IMG/VR virus record: IMGVR_UViG_2698536348_000007
Location: 1-17,256 of that record
DNA length: 17,256 nt
Direction: 5' to 3' (one strand)
Origin: a virus
Taxonomy: Duplodnaviria > Heunggongvirae > Uroviricota > Caudoviricetes
The notes under the pieces: model-generated
The model's input: only the letters and a program-made list of their open reading frames with translations
The model's database searches: none
What the model was told of the DNA's origin: nothing
Translations under genes and position numbers: made by a program
Part shown: one piece after another, positions 7,016 through 14,688 of the stretch
How positions within the stretch are numbered: the first letter of the stretch is position 1
How the letters are laid out: every line of letters begins with the position of its first letter

Positions 7016-7129
7016 ATGAAAGGCATTGAGGTGGAGACGCCAGCAAGTCTGGATTTAACAAGAGCGGCAGCTTTTGCCATTCGTATTGTGGCAATTGCTG
7101 TTCTGGTCTGGGCAATCCGTTGGTGGTGA
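7016..7129 (+). CDS. Hypothetical 37-aa C-terminally membrane-anchored peptide, translationally coupled to Rz
   Basis: ORF MKGIEVETPASLDLTRAAAFAIRIVAIAVLVWAIRWW, not in the supplied track (below 60 aa). GAGG 8 nt upstream of the ATG. Its TGA (7127-7129) is 1 nt before the Rz ATG (7131). Coding status unproven. Confidence 0.3.
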   Translation: MKGIEVETPASLDLTRAAAFAIRIVAIAVLVWAIRWW

Positions 7130-7130
7130 T

Positions 7131-7589
7131 ATGAATCGTGTGCTGTATGGCGTGCTTATTGTCCTGCTGCTTGGTTGTGGATCGCTGTGGCTGGCAACAG
7201 ACCATTACCGTGATAACGCCATCACCTACAAAGAGCAGCGAGATGATGCGAAGACAAAACTCAGCCAGGCGAACGCCACCATTGCTGACATACAGCAGCG
7301 CCAGCGTGATGTTGCTGCACTCGATGCCAGATACACCAGGGAGCTTGCTGATGCTAACGCGACTATTGAAAGTCTCCGTGCTGATGTTTCTGCTGGGCGT
7401 AAGCGCCTGCAAGTCGCCGCCACCTGTGCAAAGTCAACGACCGGAGCCAGCGGCATGGGCGATGGAGAAAGCTCAGGACTTACAGCAGATGCTGAACTCA
7501 ATTATTACCGTCTCCGAAGTGGAATCGACAAGATAACCGCGCAGGTTAACTACCTGCAGGAGTACATCAGGATGCAATGCCTCGATTAA
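7131..7589 (+). CDS. Rz: Rz i-spanin (inner-membrane spanin subunit)
   Basis: From the ATG at 7131: MNRVLYGVLIVLLLGCGSLWLATDHYRDNAITYKEQRDDAK...RDVAALDARYTRELADA closely parallels lambda Rz (N-terminal TM helix, then HYRDNAITYK). The track ORF start at 7074 is an upstream extension without support. Confidence 0.85.
   Translation: MNRVLYGVLIVLLLGCGSLWLATDHYRDNAITYKEQRDDAKTKLSQANATIADIQQRQRDVAALDARYTRELADANATIESLRADVSAGRKRLQVAATCAKSTTGASGMGDGESSGLTADAELNYYRLRSGIDKITAQVNYLQEYIRMQCLD
7351..7536 (+). CDS. Rz1: Rz1 o-spanin lipoprotein, embedded in the +1 frame of Rz
   Basis: ATG at 7351 with GGGAG 8 nt upstream. Product MLTRLLKVSVLMFLLGVSACKSPPPVQSQRPEPAAWAMEKAQ... has a lipoprotein signal peptide, lipobox-like VSAC and the proline-rich mature region typical of Rz1. 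Entirely inside Rz, as in lambda. Confidence 0.7.
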   Translation: MLTRLLKVSVLMFLLGVSACKSPPPVQSQRPEPAAWAMEKAQDLQQMLNSIITVSEVESTR

Positions 7590-7593
7590 CAGA

Positions 7594-7618
7594 GCCAGCT
7601 CAATCGCTGGCCTTTTTT
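7594..7618 (+). terminator. Intrinsic terminator after Rz/Rz1
   Basis: Stem gccagc/gctggc (7594-7599 / 7606-7611) with 6-nt loop, followed by T6 (7613-7618). Confidence 0.6.
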
Positions 7619-7669
7619 ATGAGGAGAGATATAACCTGAATCAATGCCAGTGCATTATCAACAAATGGA

Positions 7670-8251
7670 TCACTGGGTAAGCTCGTTTGGTTTTAAATGT
7701 CCGTCGAGAATCAGATTGTGATTTTCCCGATGCAGAACCAGTGTGCCCATATAATCAGGTTTAAATCTCCATCCATTCATTTTTTTTGCAATTCTGGACA
7801 GACAGTGATTATGTGTGAAAATCACAGTAACATGATCTGATTTTGATATTTTAAGGATATTATTTACTGCGTTATCATCACATGTCGATATGTCCGGAAT
7901 AGTTGCTGTCTTACCTCCCGAAAAAAAAGTGGCTGTCTGCATTGTTCGGAGTGTGTCTGTAGAATAGAGACTGTAGTATGGAAACATTCTTCTGAATTTA
8001 TCTCCATATTGTTGAGCTTTGTTAGCTCCGTTTACTGTGATTCCCTCATGTGCTGAAAGACATATTCTTTGGGAGCGATCGCATCTTTCCCCATGCCGGA
8101 TGAGAAAAATAATGGGATGTTTCTGGTTAATCTCAGTGACATCGTTCACATCAAGTCTGACTGGAGTTCTTACAATGTATATGATGGATACAGAAACGAT
8201 TATGACAAGTAAAAATATAAGAAGAGATTTTGTTAGCGTTTGATTTAACAT
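7670..8251 (-). CDS. Ais/PmrG-family lipopolysaccharide core heptose(II)-phosphate phosphatase homologue (histidine-phosphatase superfamily) with N-terminal signal/anchor; prophage cargo gene
   Basis: Minus-strand ORF. Motifs IRHGERCDRS (RHG catalytic motif), GITV.G, LYSTDTLRT.QTA, IFTHNHCL and FKPDY align with E. coli Ais as I recall it. Hydrophobic N-terminus LLIFLLVIIVSVSIIYIV. The start at 8251 (MLNQTL..., AAGGGA Shine-Dalgarno 7 nt upstream) is preferred over the track start at 8284. Opposite orientation to the flanking phage genes, in the position lambda uses for bor. Confidence 0.75.
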   Translation of the reverse strand: MLNQTLTKSLLIFLLVIIVSVSIIYIVRTPVRLDVNDVTEINQKHPIIFLIRHGERCDRSQRICLSAHEGITVNGANKAQQYGDKFRRMFPYYSLYSTDTLRTMQTATFFSGGKTATIPDISTCDDNAVNNILKISKSDHVTVIFTHNHCLSRIAKKMNGWRFKPDYMGTLVLHRENHNLILDGHLKPNELTQ

Positions 8252-8305
8252 ATAAATTCCCTTGTCTGTGTTGAAAATGGGCATTATTATGCGTAAATCT
8301 TATGT

Positions 8306-8319
8306 AATCCTTAAGGATT
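8306..8319. promoter_or_regulatory. Perfect 14-bp palindrome AATCCTTAAGGATT in the promoter region of the Ais-like gene
   Basis: Exactly self-complementary, 22-35 bp upstream of the first in-frame ATG (8284) of the minus-strand gene, next to a CATAAT -10-like hexamer. Contains CTTAAG half-sites reminiscent of PmrA/BasR boxes (CTTAAT-like), which regulate chromosomal ais. Confidence 0.3.
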
Positions 8320-8853
8320 GTCTGACGTGGTGATATGACGCGAAATACAGTGGGTACACAGAATGCTGTGAACAACGACGAAATGGGCATTGGTAGCGGT
8401 ACTGGTGCTTTTTTTATTGGTTGGTTGCTCAAGTCTTGATAAAGCGCGTTAGCTTTTTGGTATTGCCTCTTAGGTCTGTAAAATTGCCGACGGTGTCCGG
8501 CAGTGCATGCAGGGCTGATCGTCTATGAGAACAGAATATATTGCTAAAAATGAAGTGTGCGTCAATGCTTATAAAGCATGCAATTCTGTATTTCTAACTA
8601 TTCAATAAAATAAATTCTTTCTGTCGCAGTGAATATACAAATGTTGATCAGCGCTCGATGTGGCGACGGGTTTCTATATCAGGAGACTTTGGCATTTATC
8701 CGCGAGGCAGCCTATCTGGTGCTGTAGTGGAATGAAGCGGATATAACCTAAATAAGGTTAAACATTAATCAGACATGGCTCTGCTGTGTGAAATCTGAAA
8801 ATTTACAGCAGTCATTGTGCATCAGTTTTTAACAGAGAACGTCAGAAGGTGAC

Positions 8854-9669
8854 ATGGCAAAGCTGGACTGGAAAAAGCTGGAGCAGGCATTTCGACGCGA
8901 ACATGTCAAAACCGGCATAAAGCTTCAGGACTGGTGCCGTCAGAACAATATCAGTTATGACACGGCTCGGCGGTACATTAAACTGCGCAAACACTCCCCC
9001 AGAAATACAGAGAAAAGTGCGCAGAAAAATGCGCAAATTGATGATCAAAAAAGTGCGCAGAAATCTGACGGCAACTCCAGTCATGACGAGCCTTCAGGCG
9101 ATGATGGTTGTGATGAAAAATGCGCAAATTTGGCAGAAACGAAACGGACTCGTGGTTCCAGACTTTTGCCACCTTCAAATGCTTTTTCTCAGCGTAACAC
9201 CCACGCCGTCAGACACCGTGGATACGCGAAGTATCTCGAGGCAGATAACCTCATAGATGATGCAGTCGGAATGGAACTTGCCGATGAACTGGTGTTTACC
9301 CGGGCCCGCGCACTTTCAGTAACAGGAACACTGAAAAAAATGTTCGCCGACCTGAAAGAGGCGGCTGACGTGGAAACCCGCGTTGCTCTGTACGACAAAA
9401 TACTCAAAGCTGAACAGGCTCTTGACCGGAATATTGCCCGTATCGAGTCAATTGAACGCTCATTGCTGACGCTGGACGTTCTGGCTGAAACAGCACCAAA
9501 ACTTCGTGCTGACCGGGAAAGAACCAACGCTGCCAGAGATAAACTCAGAGCGGAAACCGATATTCTGACCAGCCAGCGTCGGGGCGTTGTTACGCCTGTC
9601 AGTGACATCGTGTCATCGCTGCATGAAATGAGTAATTCGGGGAGACTGGATGACATTCCGGAAGAATGA
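8854..9669 (+). CDS. Terminase small subunit (putative)
   Basis: 271-aa ORF immediately upstream of, and overlapping, the large terminase. N-terminal HTH-like segment (KLQDWCRQNNISYDTARRYIK) and coiled-coil C-terminus are typical of small terminases. Assigned mainly by synteny. Confidence 0.65.
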   Translation: MAKLDWKKLEQAFRREHVKTGIKLQDWCRQNNISYDTARRYIKLRKHSPRNTEKSAQKNAQIDDQKSAQKSDGNSSHDEPSGDDGCDEKCANLAETKRTRGSRLLPPSNAFSQRNTHAVRHRGYAKYLEADNLIDDAVGMELADELVFTRARALSVTGTLKKMFADLKEAADVETRVALYDKILKAEQALDRNIARIESIERSLLTLDVLAETAPKLRADRERTNAARDKLRAETDILTSQRRGVVTPVSDIVSSLHEMSNSGRLDDIPEE

Positions 9670-11356
9670 ACCGCGATGTGATGAACCGTCAGAAATGACA
9701 GAGGCCGAACAACGTCTGTTCATCATGACTAAACTGAGCAATCCCTGGTGGCGGCTCAATCATCTCTACAAGATACAGAACGAAAAAGGTGAGCTGGTCA
9801 CCTTCAGAATGCGACCGGCGCAGCGCCAGTTGTTCCGGAGCATGCACAATAAAAATATTATCCTGAAAGCACGCCAGCTGGGGTTTTCCACGGCCATTGA
9901 TATTTATCTTCTCGACCAGGCATTATTCATACCGCATCTCAAATGCGGGATTGTCGCTCAGGATAAACAGGCTGCCAGTGAAATTTTCCGCACCAAAATT
10001 GCTGTACCGTTCGATCATCTTCCTGACTGGCTGAGAGCCTCATTCACCATCGTTGAACGTCGTAGCGGAGCCAGCGGTGGCTATATCCTGTTTGGGCACG
10101 GCTCGAGTATCCAGGTGGCAACCTCATTCCGTTCAGGTACGGTGCAGCGCCTGCATATCTCAGAGCACGGCAAAATTTGCGCAAAATATCCGGCTAAGGC
10201 GAAAGAGCTGCGAACCGGTACACTTAATGCCGTCTCTGATGAGTGCATTATTTTTGATGAATCCACTGCTGAAGGTGTGGGTGGTGATTTTTACGAGATG
10301 AGTAACCGGGCACAGGAAATCACTGCATCAGGGCTGGCGCTGACGCCACAGGATTATAAATTCCATTTTTACGCCTGGTGGCAGGATCTCAAATACAGCG
10401 CCAGAGTGCCGGAAAGCGGACTTAAGCTGTCACGGGAAAAAACAGCGTATTTTTCTGCGGTTGAAAAAGCAATGAACATCACGCTTACCGATGAGCAGAA
10501 ACACTGGTACATCTGCAAGGAAACTGAACAGCGTGAGGAAATGAAGCAGGAGTTTCCCTCAACACCACAGGAGGCGTTTCTGACGTCCGGACGACGGGTG
10601 TTCAGTGCGGAAAGCACGCTGCAGGCAGAGTCATTCTGTTCGCCACCGCTGATTGTTTATGACATTGAACCGGTTACAGGAACGAAGACCAAAGCGCAGT
10701 CTCTGCGTGACGGGAATAAAGCCGAACAGCACCGGACGCTGATGAATTATCTGCTGGTCTGGGAGCTACCGGATCCGGATGAAGAGTATGTATGCGGAGC
10801 GGATACCGCTGAGGGGCTGGAGCACGGAGACCGCTCATCGCTGGATATCATCAGATGTAGTAATGGTGAGCAGGTAGCCCACTGGTTTGGTCATCTCGAT
10901 GCGGAGCTTTTCGCTCATCTCATTGCGCAGGTCTGCCGTATGTACAACAACGCGTTTGTGGGGCCGGAGCGTAACAATCACGGACATGCCGTTATCCTGA
11001 AACTCCGGGAACTCTATCCGACGCGTTATATCTACAACGAACAGCACCTTGACCAGGCATATGACGACGATACGCCCCGTCTTGGCTGGCTGACAACCCG
11101 CCAGAGTAAACCGGTCCTGACTGAGGGAATGAAAACGCTGCTGAATAACGGCCTGTCGGGGATCCGCTGGACGGGCACATTATCAGAAATGAACACCTAC
11201 GTTTATGACGCGAAAGGCTCCATGAATGCACAGGAAGGCTGTTTTGATGATCAGCTTATGAGCTACATGATTGCCCAGGAGATGCGCGCCAGAATGCCGG
11301 TGAGGGTAAGACAGAAAACGGATAAACGCAGAACCACACACTGGATGGCTCACTGA
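9650..11356 (+). CDS. Terminase large subunit
   Basis: 568-aa ORF with GGGGAG Shine-Dalgarno 5 nt upstream of the ATG at 9650, overlapping the end of the small-subunit gene. Followed directly by the portal (stop/start overlap TGATG). Alternative starts at 9695 and 9725 cannot be excluded. Confidence 0.8.
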   Translation: MTFRKNEPRCDEPSEMTEAEQRLFIMTKLSNPWWRLNHLYKIQNEKGELVTFRMRPAQRQLFRSMHNKNIILKARQLGFSTAIDIYLLDQALFIPHLKCGIVAQDKQAASEIFRTKIAVPFDHLPDWLRASFTIVERRSGASGGYILFGHGSSIQVATSFRSGTVQRLHISEHGKICAKYPAKAKELRTGTLNAVSDECIIFDESTAEGVGGDFYEMSNRAQEITASGLALTPQDYKFHFYAWWQDLKYSARVPESGLKLSREKTAYFSAVEKAMNITLTDEQKHWYICKETEQREEMKQEFPSTPQEAFLTSGRRVFSAESTLQAESFCSPPLIVYDIEPVTGTKTKAQSLRDGNKAEQHRTLMNYLLVWELPDPDEEYVCGADTAEGLEHGDRSSLDIIRCSNGEQVAHWFGHLDAELFAHLIAQVCRMYNNAFVGPERNNHGHAVILKLRELYPTRYIYNEQHLDQAYDDDTPRLGWLTTRQSKPVLTEGMKTLLNNGLSGIRWTGTLSEMNTYVYDAKGSMNAQEGCFDDQLMSYMIAQEMRARMPVRVRQKTDKRRTTHWMAH

Positions 11357-13500
11357 TGAAAAATGAAACTAATACCATGGCGACGAAAAACGACAACGGA
11401 GCCACGCCGCGTTTTTCTCAGCGCCAGTTACAGGCGCTTTGTTCTGATATTGACAGTCAGCCTAAATGGCGCGATGCCGCAAACAAGGCCTGTGCGTATT
11501 ACGATGGTGACCAGTTGCCACCAGAAGTTCTTCAGGTACTGAAAGATCGCGGTCAGCCGATGACCATCCATAACCTCATCGCGCCTACCGTTGATGGTGT
11601 TCTGGGTATGGAGGCCAAAACGCGGACTGATCTGGTGGTGATGTCAGACGAGCCAGATGATGAAACTGAAAAACTGGCTGAAGCTATTAATGCTGAATTT
11701 GCCGATGCATGCCGCCTTGGCAATATGAATAAAGCCCGCTCTGATGCCTATGCGGAACAAATCAAGGCGGGGCTCAGCTGGGTGGAGGTCAGACGGAACA
11801 GCGATCCGTTCGGGCCTGAGTTTAAGGTGTCTACTGTCAGCCGGAATGAAGTGTTCTGGGACTGGCTCAGCCGGGAAGCTGATTTAAGTGACTGCCGCTG
11901 GCTGATGCGCCGCCGCTGGATGGATACCGATGAGGCAAAAGCCACATTCCCGGGAATGGCTCAGGTTATCGATTATGCCATTGATGACTGGCGTGGTTTT
12001 GTCGATACCACGGTTACTGAAGGCCAGCCCAGTCCGTTGATGAGTGCATGGGAAGAGTATCAGTCATGGGATCGTAAGGAGAACGAATGGCTTCAGCGTG
12101 AACGCCGTCGTGTGCTGCTTCAGGTGGTTTATTACCGTACATTCGAGCGTCTTCCGGTGATTGAACTCAGTAATGGACGGGTGGTGGCCTTTGATAAAAA
12201 TAATCTGATGCATGCGGTGGCTGTGGCATCCGGGCGGGTGCAGGTGAGAGTCGGGCGGGTAAGTCGTATTCGTGAAGCCTGGTTTGTGGGACCGCACTTT
12301 ATTGTGGATCGCCCCTGCAGTGCGCCGCAGGGGATGTTCCCGCTGGTTCCCTTCTGGGGATACCGGAAGGATAAAACCGGGGAGCCTTACGGGCTGATTT
12401 CCCGGGCCATTCCGGCACAGGATGAGGTGAATTTTCGTCGTATAAAACTGACGTGGTTGCTTCAGGCCAAACGCGTGATTATGGACGAGGATGCCACCCA
12501 GTTGTCAGACAACGAGCTGATGGAGCAGATCGAGCGTCCGGATGGCATTATTAAACTGAATCCGGCCCGAAAAAATCAGAAAAGCGTTGCTGATGTTTTC
12601 CGGGTTGAACAGGATTTTCAGGTTGCCAGCCAGCAGTTTCAGGTCATGCAGGAGTCGGAAAAACTTATCCAGGACACGATGGGGGTTTATTCCGCATTTC
12701 TCGGGCAGGATTCAAATGCATCGTCCGGCGTGGCGATCAGCAACCTGGTGGAGCAGGGAGCCACAACCCTTGCCGAAATCAACGATAACTACCAGTTTGC
12801 CTGCCAGCAGGTGGGAAGGCTGTTGCTCGCTTATCTTCTCGATGGCCTGAAAAAGCGGCGTAATCATGCGGTGGTGATTAATCGTGATGATCGCCAGCGT
12901 CGCCAGACCATTGTTCTCAATGCTGAAGGTGATAATGGTGAACTGACCAATGATATTTCAAGGTTAAATACACATATTGCGCTGGCTCCTGTTCAGCAGA
13001 CACCGGCGTTTAAGGCACAGCTTGCACAGCGAATGTCAGAGGTTATTCAGGGGCTGCCACCTCAGGTGCAGGCCGTCGTGCTCGACCTGTGGGTTAACCT
13101 TCTGGATGTGCCGCAGAAACAGGAATTTGTCGAACGTATTCGTGCGGCGCTGGGGACACCAAAATCACCGGATGAGATGACCCCGGAAGAGCAGCAGGCC
13201 GCTCAGCAGCAACAGGCCCAGGAGCAGCAACAACAGGAACTGCAGATGCGCGAAATGGCAGGCCGGGTGGCTAAACTGGAAGCAGAAGCTGCCAGGGCAC
13301 AGGCAGCTGCGCAACGGGATAATGCTGGCGCACAACGGGATGTCGCCGCGGCACAGGGACAGCGTTATGTGGATGCGCTCAACCAGGCGCATACGGCAGA
13401 AATCATTACCGGCATACAGAATATGGAACAGGAGCAGGAAGCTCTTCAGCAACAGATGCTACATACACTACAACAGCGGATGCATGAATTGCCGCTATGA
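11356..13500 (+). CDS. Portal protein (P22-like, with C-terminal Gln/Ala-rich helical extension)
   Basis: 714-aa ORF following terminase. Size and C-terminal coiled-coil (EEQQAAQQQQAQEQQQQELQMREMAGRVAKLEAEAARAQAAAQ) resemble the P22 gp1 portal barrel; synteny terminase-portal-scaffold-coat. Confidence 0.8.
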   Translation: MKNETNTMATKNDNGATPRFSQRQLQALCSDIDSQPKWRDAANKACAYYDGDQLPPEVLQVLKDRGQPMTIHNLIAPTVDGVLGMEAKTRTDLVVMSDEPDDETEKLAEAINAEFADACRLGNMNKARSDAYAEQIKAGLSWVEVRRNSDPFGPEFKVSTVSRNEVFWDWLSREADLSDCRWLMRRRWMDTDEAKATFPGMAQVIDYAIDDWRGFVDTTVTEGQPSPLMSAWEEYQSWDRKENEWLQRERRRVLLQVVYYRTFERLPVIELSNGRVVAFDKNNLMHAVAVASGRVQVRVGRVSRIREAWFVGPHFIVDRPCSAPQGMFPLVPFWGYRKDKTGEPYGLISRAIPAQDEVNFRRIKLTWLLQAKRVIMDEDATQLSDNELMEQIERPDGIIKLNPARKNQKSVADVFRVEQDFQVASQQFQVMQESEKLIQDTMGVYSAFLGQDSNASSGVAISNLVEQGATTLAEINDNYQFACQQVGRLLLAYLLDGLKKRRNHAVVINRDDRQRRQTIVLNAEGDNGELTNDISRLNTHIALAPVQQTPAFKAQLAQRMSEVIQGLPPQVQAVVLDLWVNLLDVPQKQEFVERIRAALGTPKSPDEMTPEEQQAAQQQQAQEQQQQELQMREMAGRVAKLEAEAARAQAAAQRDNAGAQRDVAAAQGQRYVDALNQAHTAEIITGIQNMEQEQEALQQQMLHTLQQRMHELPL

Positions 13501-13520
13501 ATATCCTGAACTTAACGGAA

Positions 13521-13544
13521 CCCCGTCATCGTACGGGGTTTTTT
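13521..13544 (+). terminator. Intrinsic terminator/attenuator between portal and scaffold genes
   Basis: 6-bp stem ccccgt/acgggg (13521-13526 / 13533-13538) with 6-nt loop, then T6 (13539-13544), 21 nt after the portal stop. Confidence 0.5.
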
Positions 13545-13657
13545 GTCTCCGGAGATAAGCGTTCCGGGAGCGGTGCGCTTATTCGCGGGGGCAGCGATAA
13601 GCCTTATTTACTCAACCATTCGGATCTGTCCGATAAACAGACCATGCGGAGTTATTT

Positions 13658-14665
13658 ATGGATTTTGAATTTACGGGTGAAGAAACCCCGGAACAACTGG
13701 AAAAAATGCTGGAAGGGCTTGGAGATGTGGATATTGACGGTCACGAACAGGACGGCGTGACAGAGGCCGCCACAGAAAATCATGCGGATGAGGCAGCACA
13801 GACACAGACGGGCGATAACACTGCGGCACCGACGCCGGATGCCAGTGCTGAGCAGACGCAGGACGTGAAGGAGCCGGAGGCGAAGGGTGTGCTCACCCGC
13901 GATGGTAAACACGTCATTCCCTATGAAGTCCTTGAGGCTGAACGTTCCGGTAAGCAGCGGGCCGAACAGGAAGCCGCACTTCTTCGGGGACAGATAGCCG
14001 AAGAAAAACGCCTGGTTGAACTGCTGACGTCTCAGATCCACCAGGCCGGTATGAAACCCGCACCGTTACCGGAAAACGAAAAAATCTCTGATGAGAAGAT
14101 TGCCCGTATCAGGGAGATGTATCCGGAAATTGGCGACGCGGTGGCTTCGCTTATCCGTAAAAATAACTATCTCCAGTCCCGTGTTCAGCAATCAGCACAG
14201 CAGGCAGAAGGTCATGGTGGTGAGGATTTATCACCGGTTCTTGATGCAATGAATGACGTGCCGGTGCTGAAAACGTGGCAGAACTCCGATCCGGATCGCT
14301 TCTCGGTTGCCGTATCCATCGACGGGAAGCTCCAGAATGACCCCGCATGGAAAGACAAACCGCTCACTGAACGTTTCGCCGAAGTGGCCCGCCGTACGCA
14401 GCTCGCTTTCGGTGAAGCCAGTGAGCCGCCTTCTGATGACAAGGCAGACAACACGGATATCCGGAAAACGGCGGAAGAAAAAGTGAAAGCCGCTGAACGG
14501 GAGATGGCAGTGCCTGCTTCCCCGTCAGAGCTTGGCAACACGGCTTCCGTCGGAACCGGTGATAATTTTGAACGGTTACTTGGTGCTTCTCATTCAGAGG
14601 CAGAGGCGATTATGCGCGGTATGACGAATGCTGAAATAGACGCGCTTCTGGAGAAGCTCGGGTAA
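13658..14665 (+). CDS. Scaffolding protein (putative)
   Basis: 335-aa highly acidic, helix/coiled-coil-type ORF between portal and major capsid genes; GCGGAG Shine-Dalgarno 6 nt upstream. Assigned by composition and synteny. Confidence 0.65.
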   Translation: MDFEFTGEETPEQLEKMLEGLGDVDIDGHEQDGVTEAATENHADEAAQTQTGDNTAAPTPDASAEQTQDVKEPEAKGVLTRDGKHVIPYEVLEAERSGKQRAEQEAALLRGQIAEEKRLVELLTSQIHQAGMKPAPLPENEKISDEKIARIREMYPEIGDAVASLIRKNNYLQSRVQQSAQQAEGHGGEDLSPVLDAMNDVPVLKTWQNSDPDRFSVAVSIDGKLQNDPAWKDKPLTERFAEVARRTQLAFGEASEPPSDDKADNTDIRKTAEEKVKAAEREMAVPASPSELGNTASVGTGDNFERLLGASHSEAEAIMRGMTNAEIDALLEKLG

Positions 14666-14688
14666 CTTACTGAAGGAGAACTGAAGTA

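Noticed and set aside
7138-7350. N-terminal 71 residues of the 132-aa +1-frame ORF overlapping Rz
   Set aside because: Only the C-terminal part from the ATG at 7351 has a ribosome-binding site, lipoprotein signal and proline-rich Rz1 features; the upstream part is an open-frame artefact inside Rz.
8151-8432. Minus-strand 93-aa ORF overlapping the start of the Ais-like gene
   Set aside because: Out of frame with the well-supported Ais-like ORF and reads through its promoter region; the translation has no protein-like features.
8335-8439. 34-codon plus-strand ORF (MTRNTVGTQNAVNNDEMGIGSGTGAFFIGWLLKS) in the intergenic region upstream of terminase
   Set aside because: Very short, with a marginal ribosome-binding site and no supporting context; kept only as a possibility.
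9189-14541. Antisense and alternative-frame ORFs inside terminase, portal and scaffold genes (for example 9189-9656 minus, 13165-13452 minus, 14212-14541 minus)
   Set aside because: They lie wholly within longer, syntenic sense-strand genes and show low-complexity, Ser/Ala/Arg-rich or Leu-repeat translations typical of shadow ORFs.
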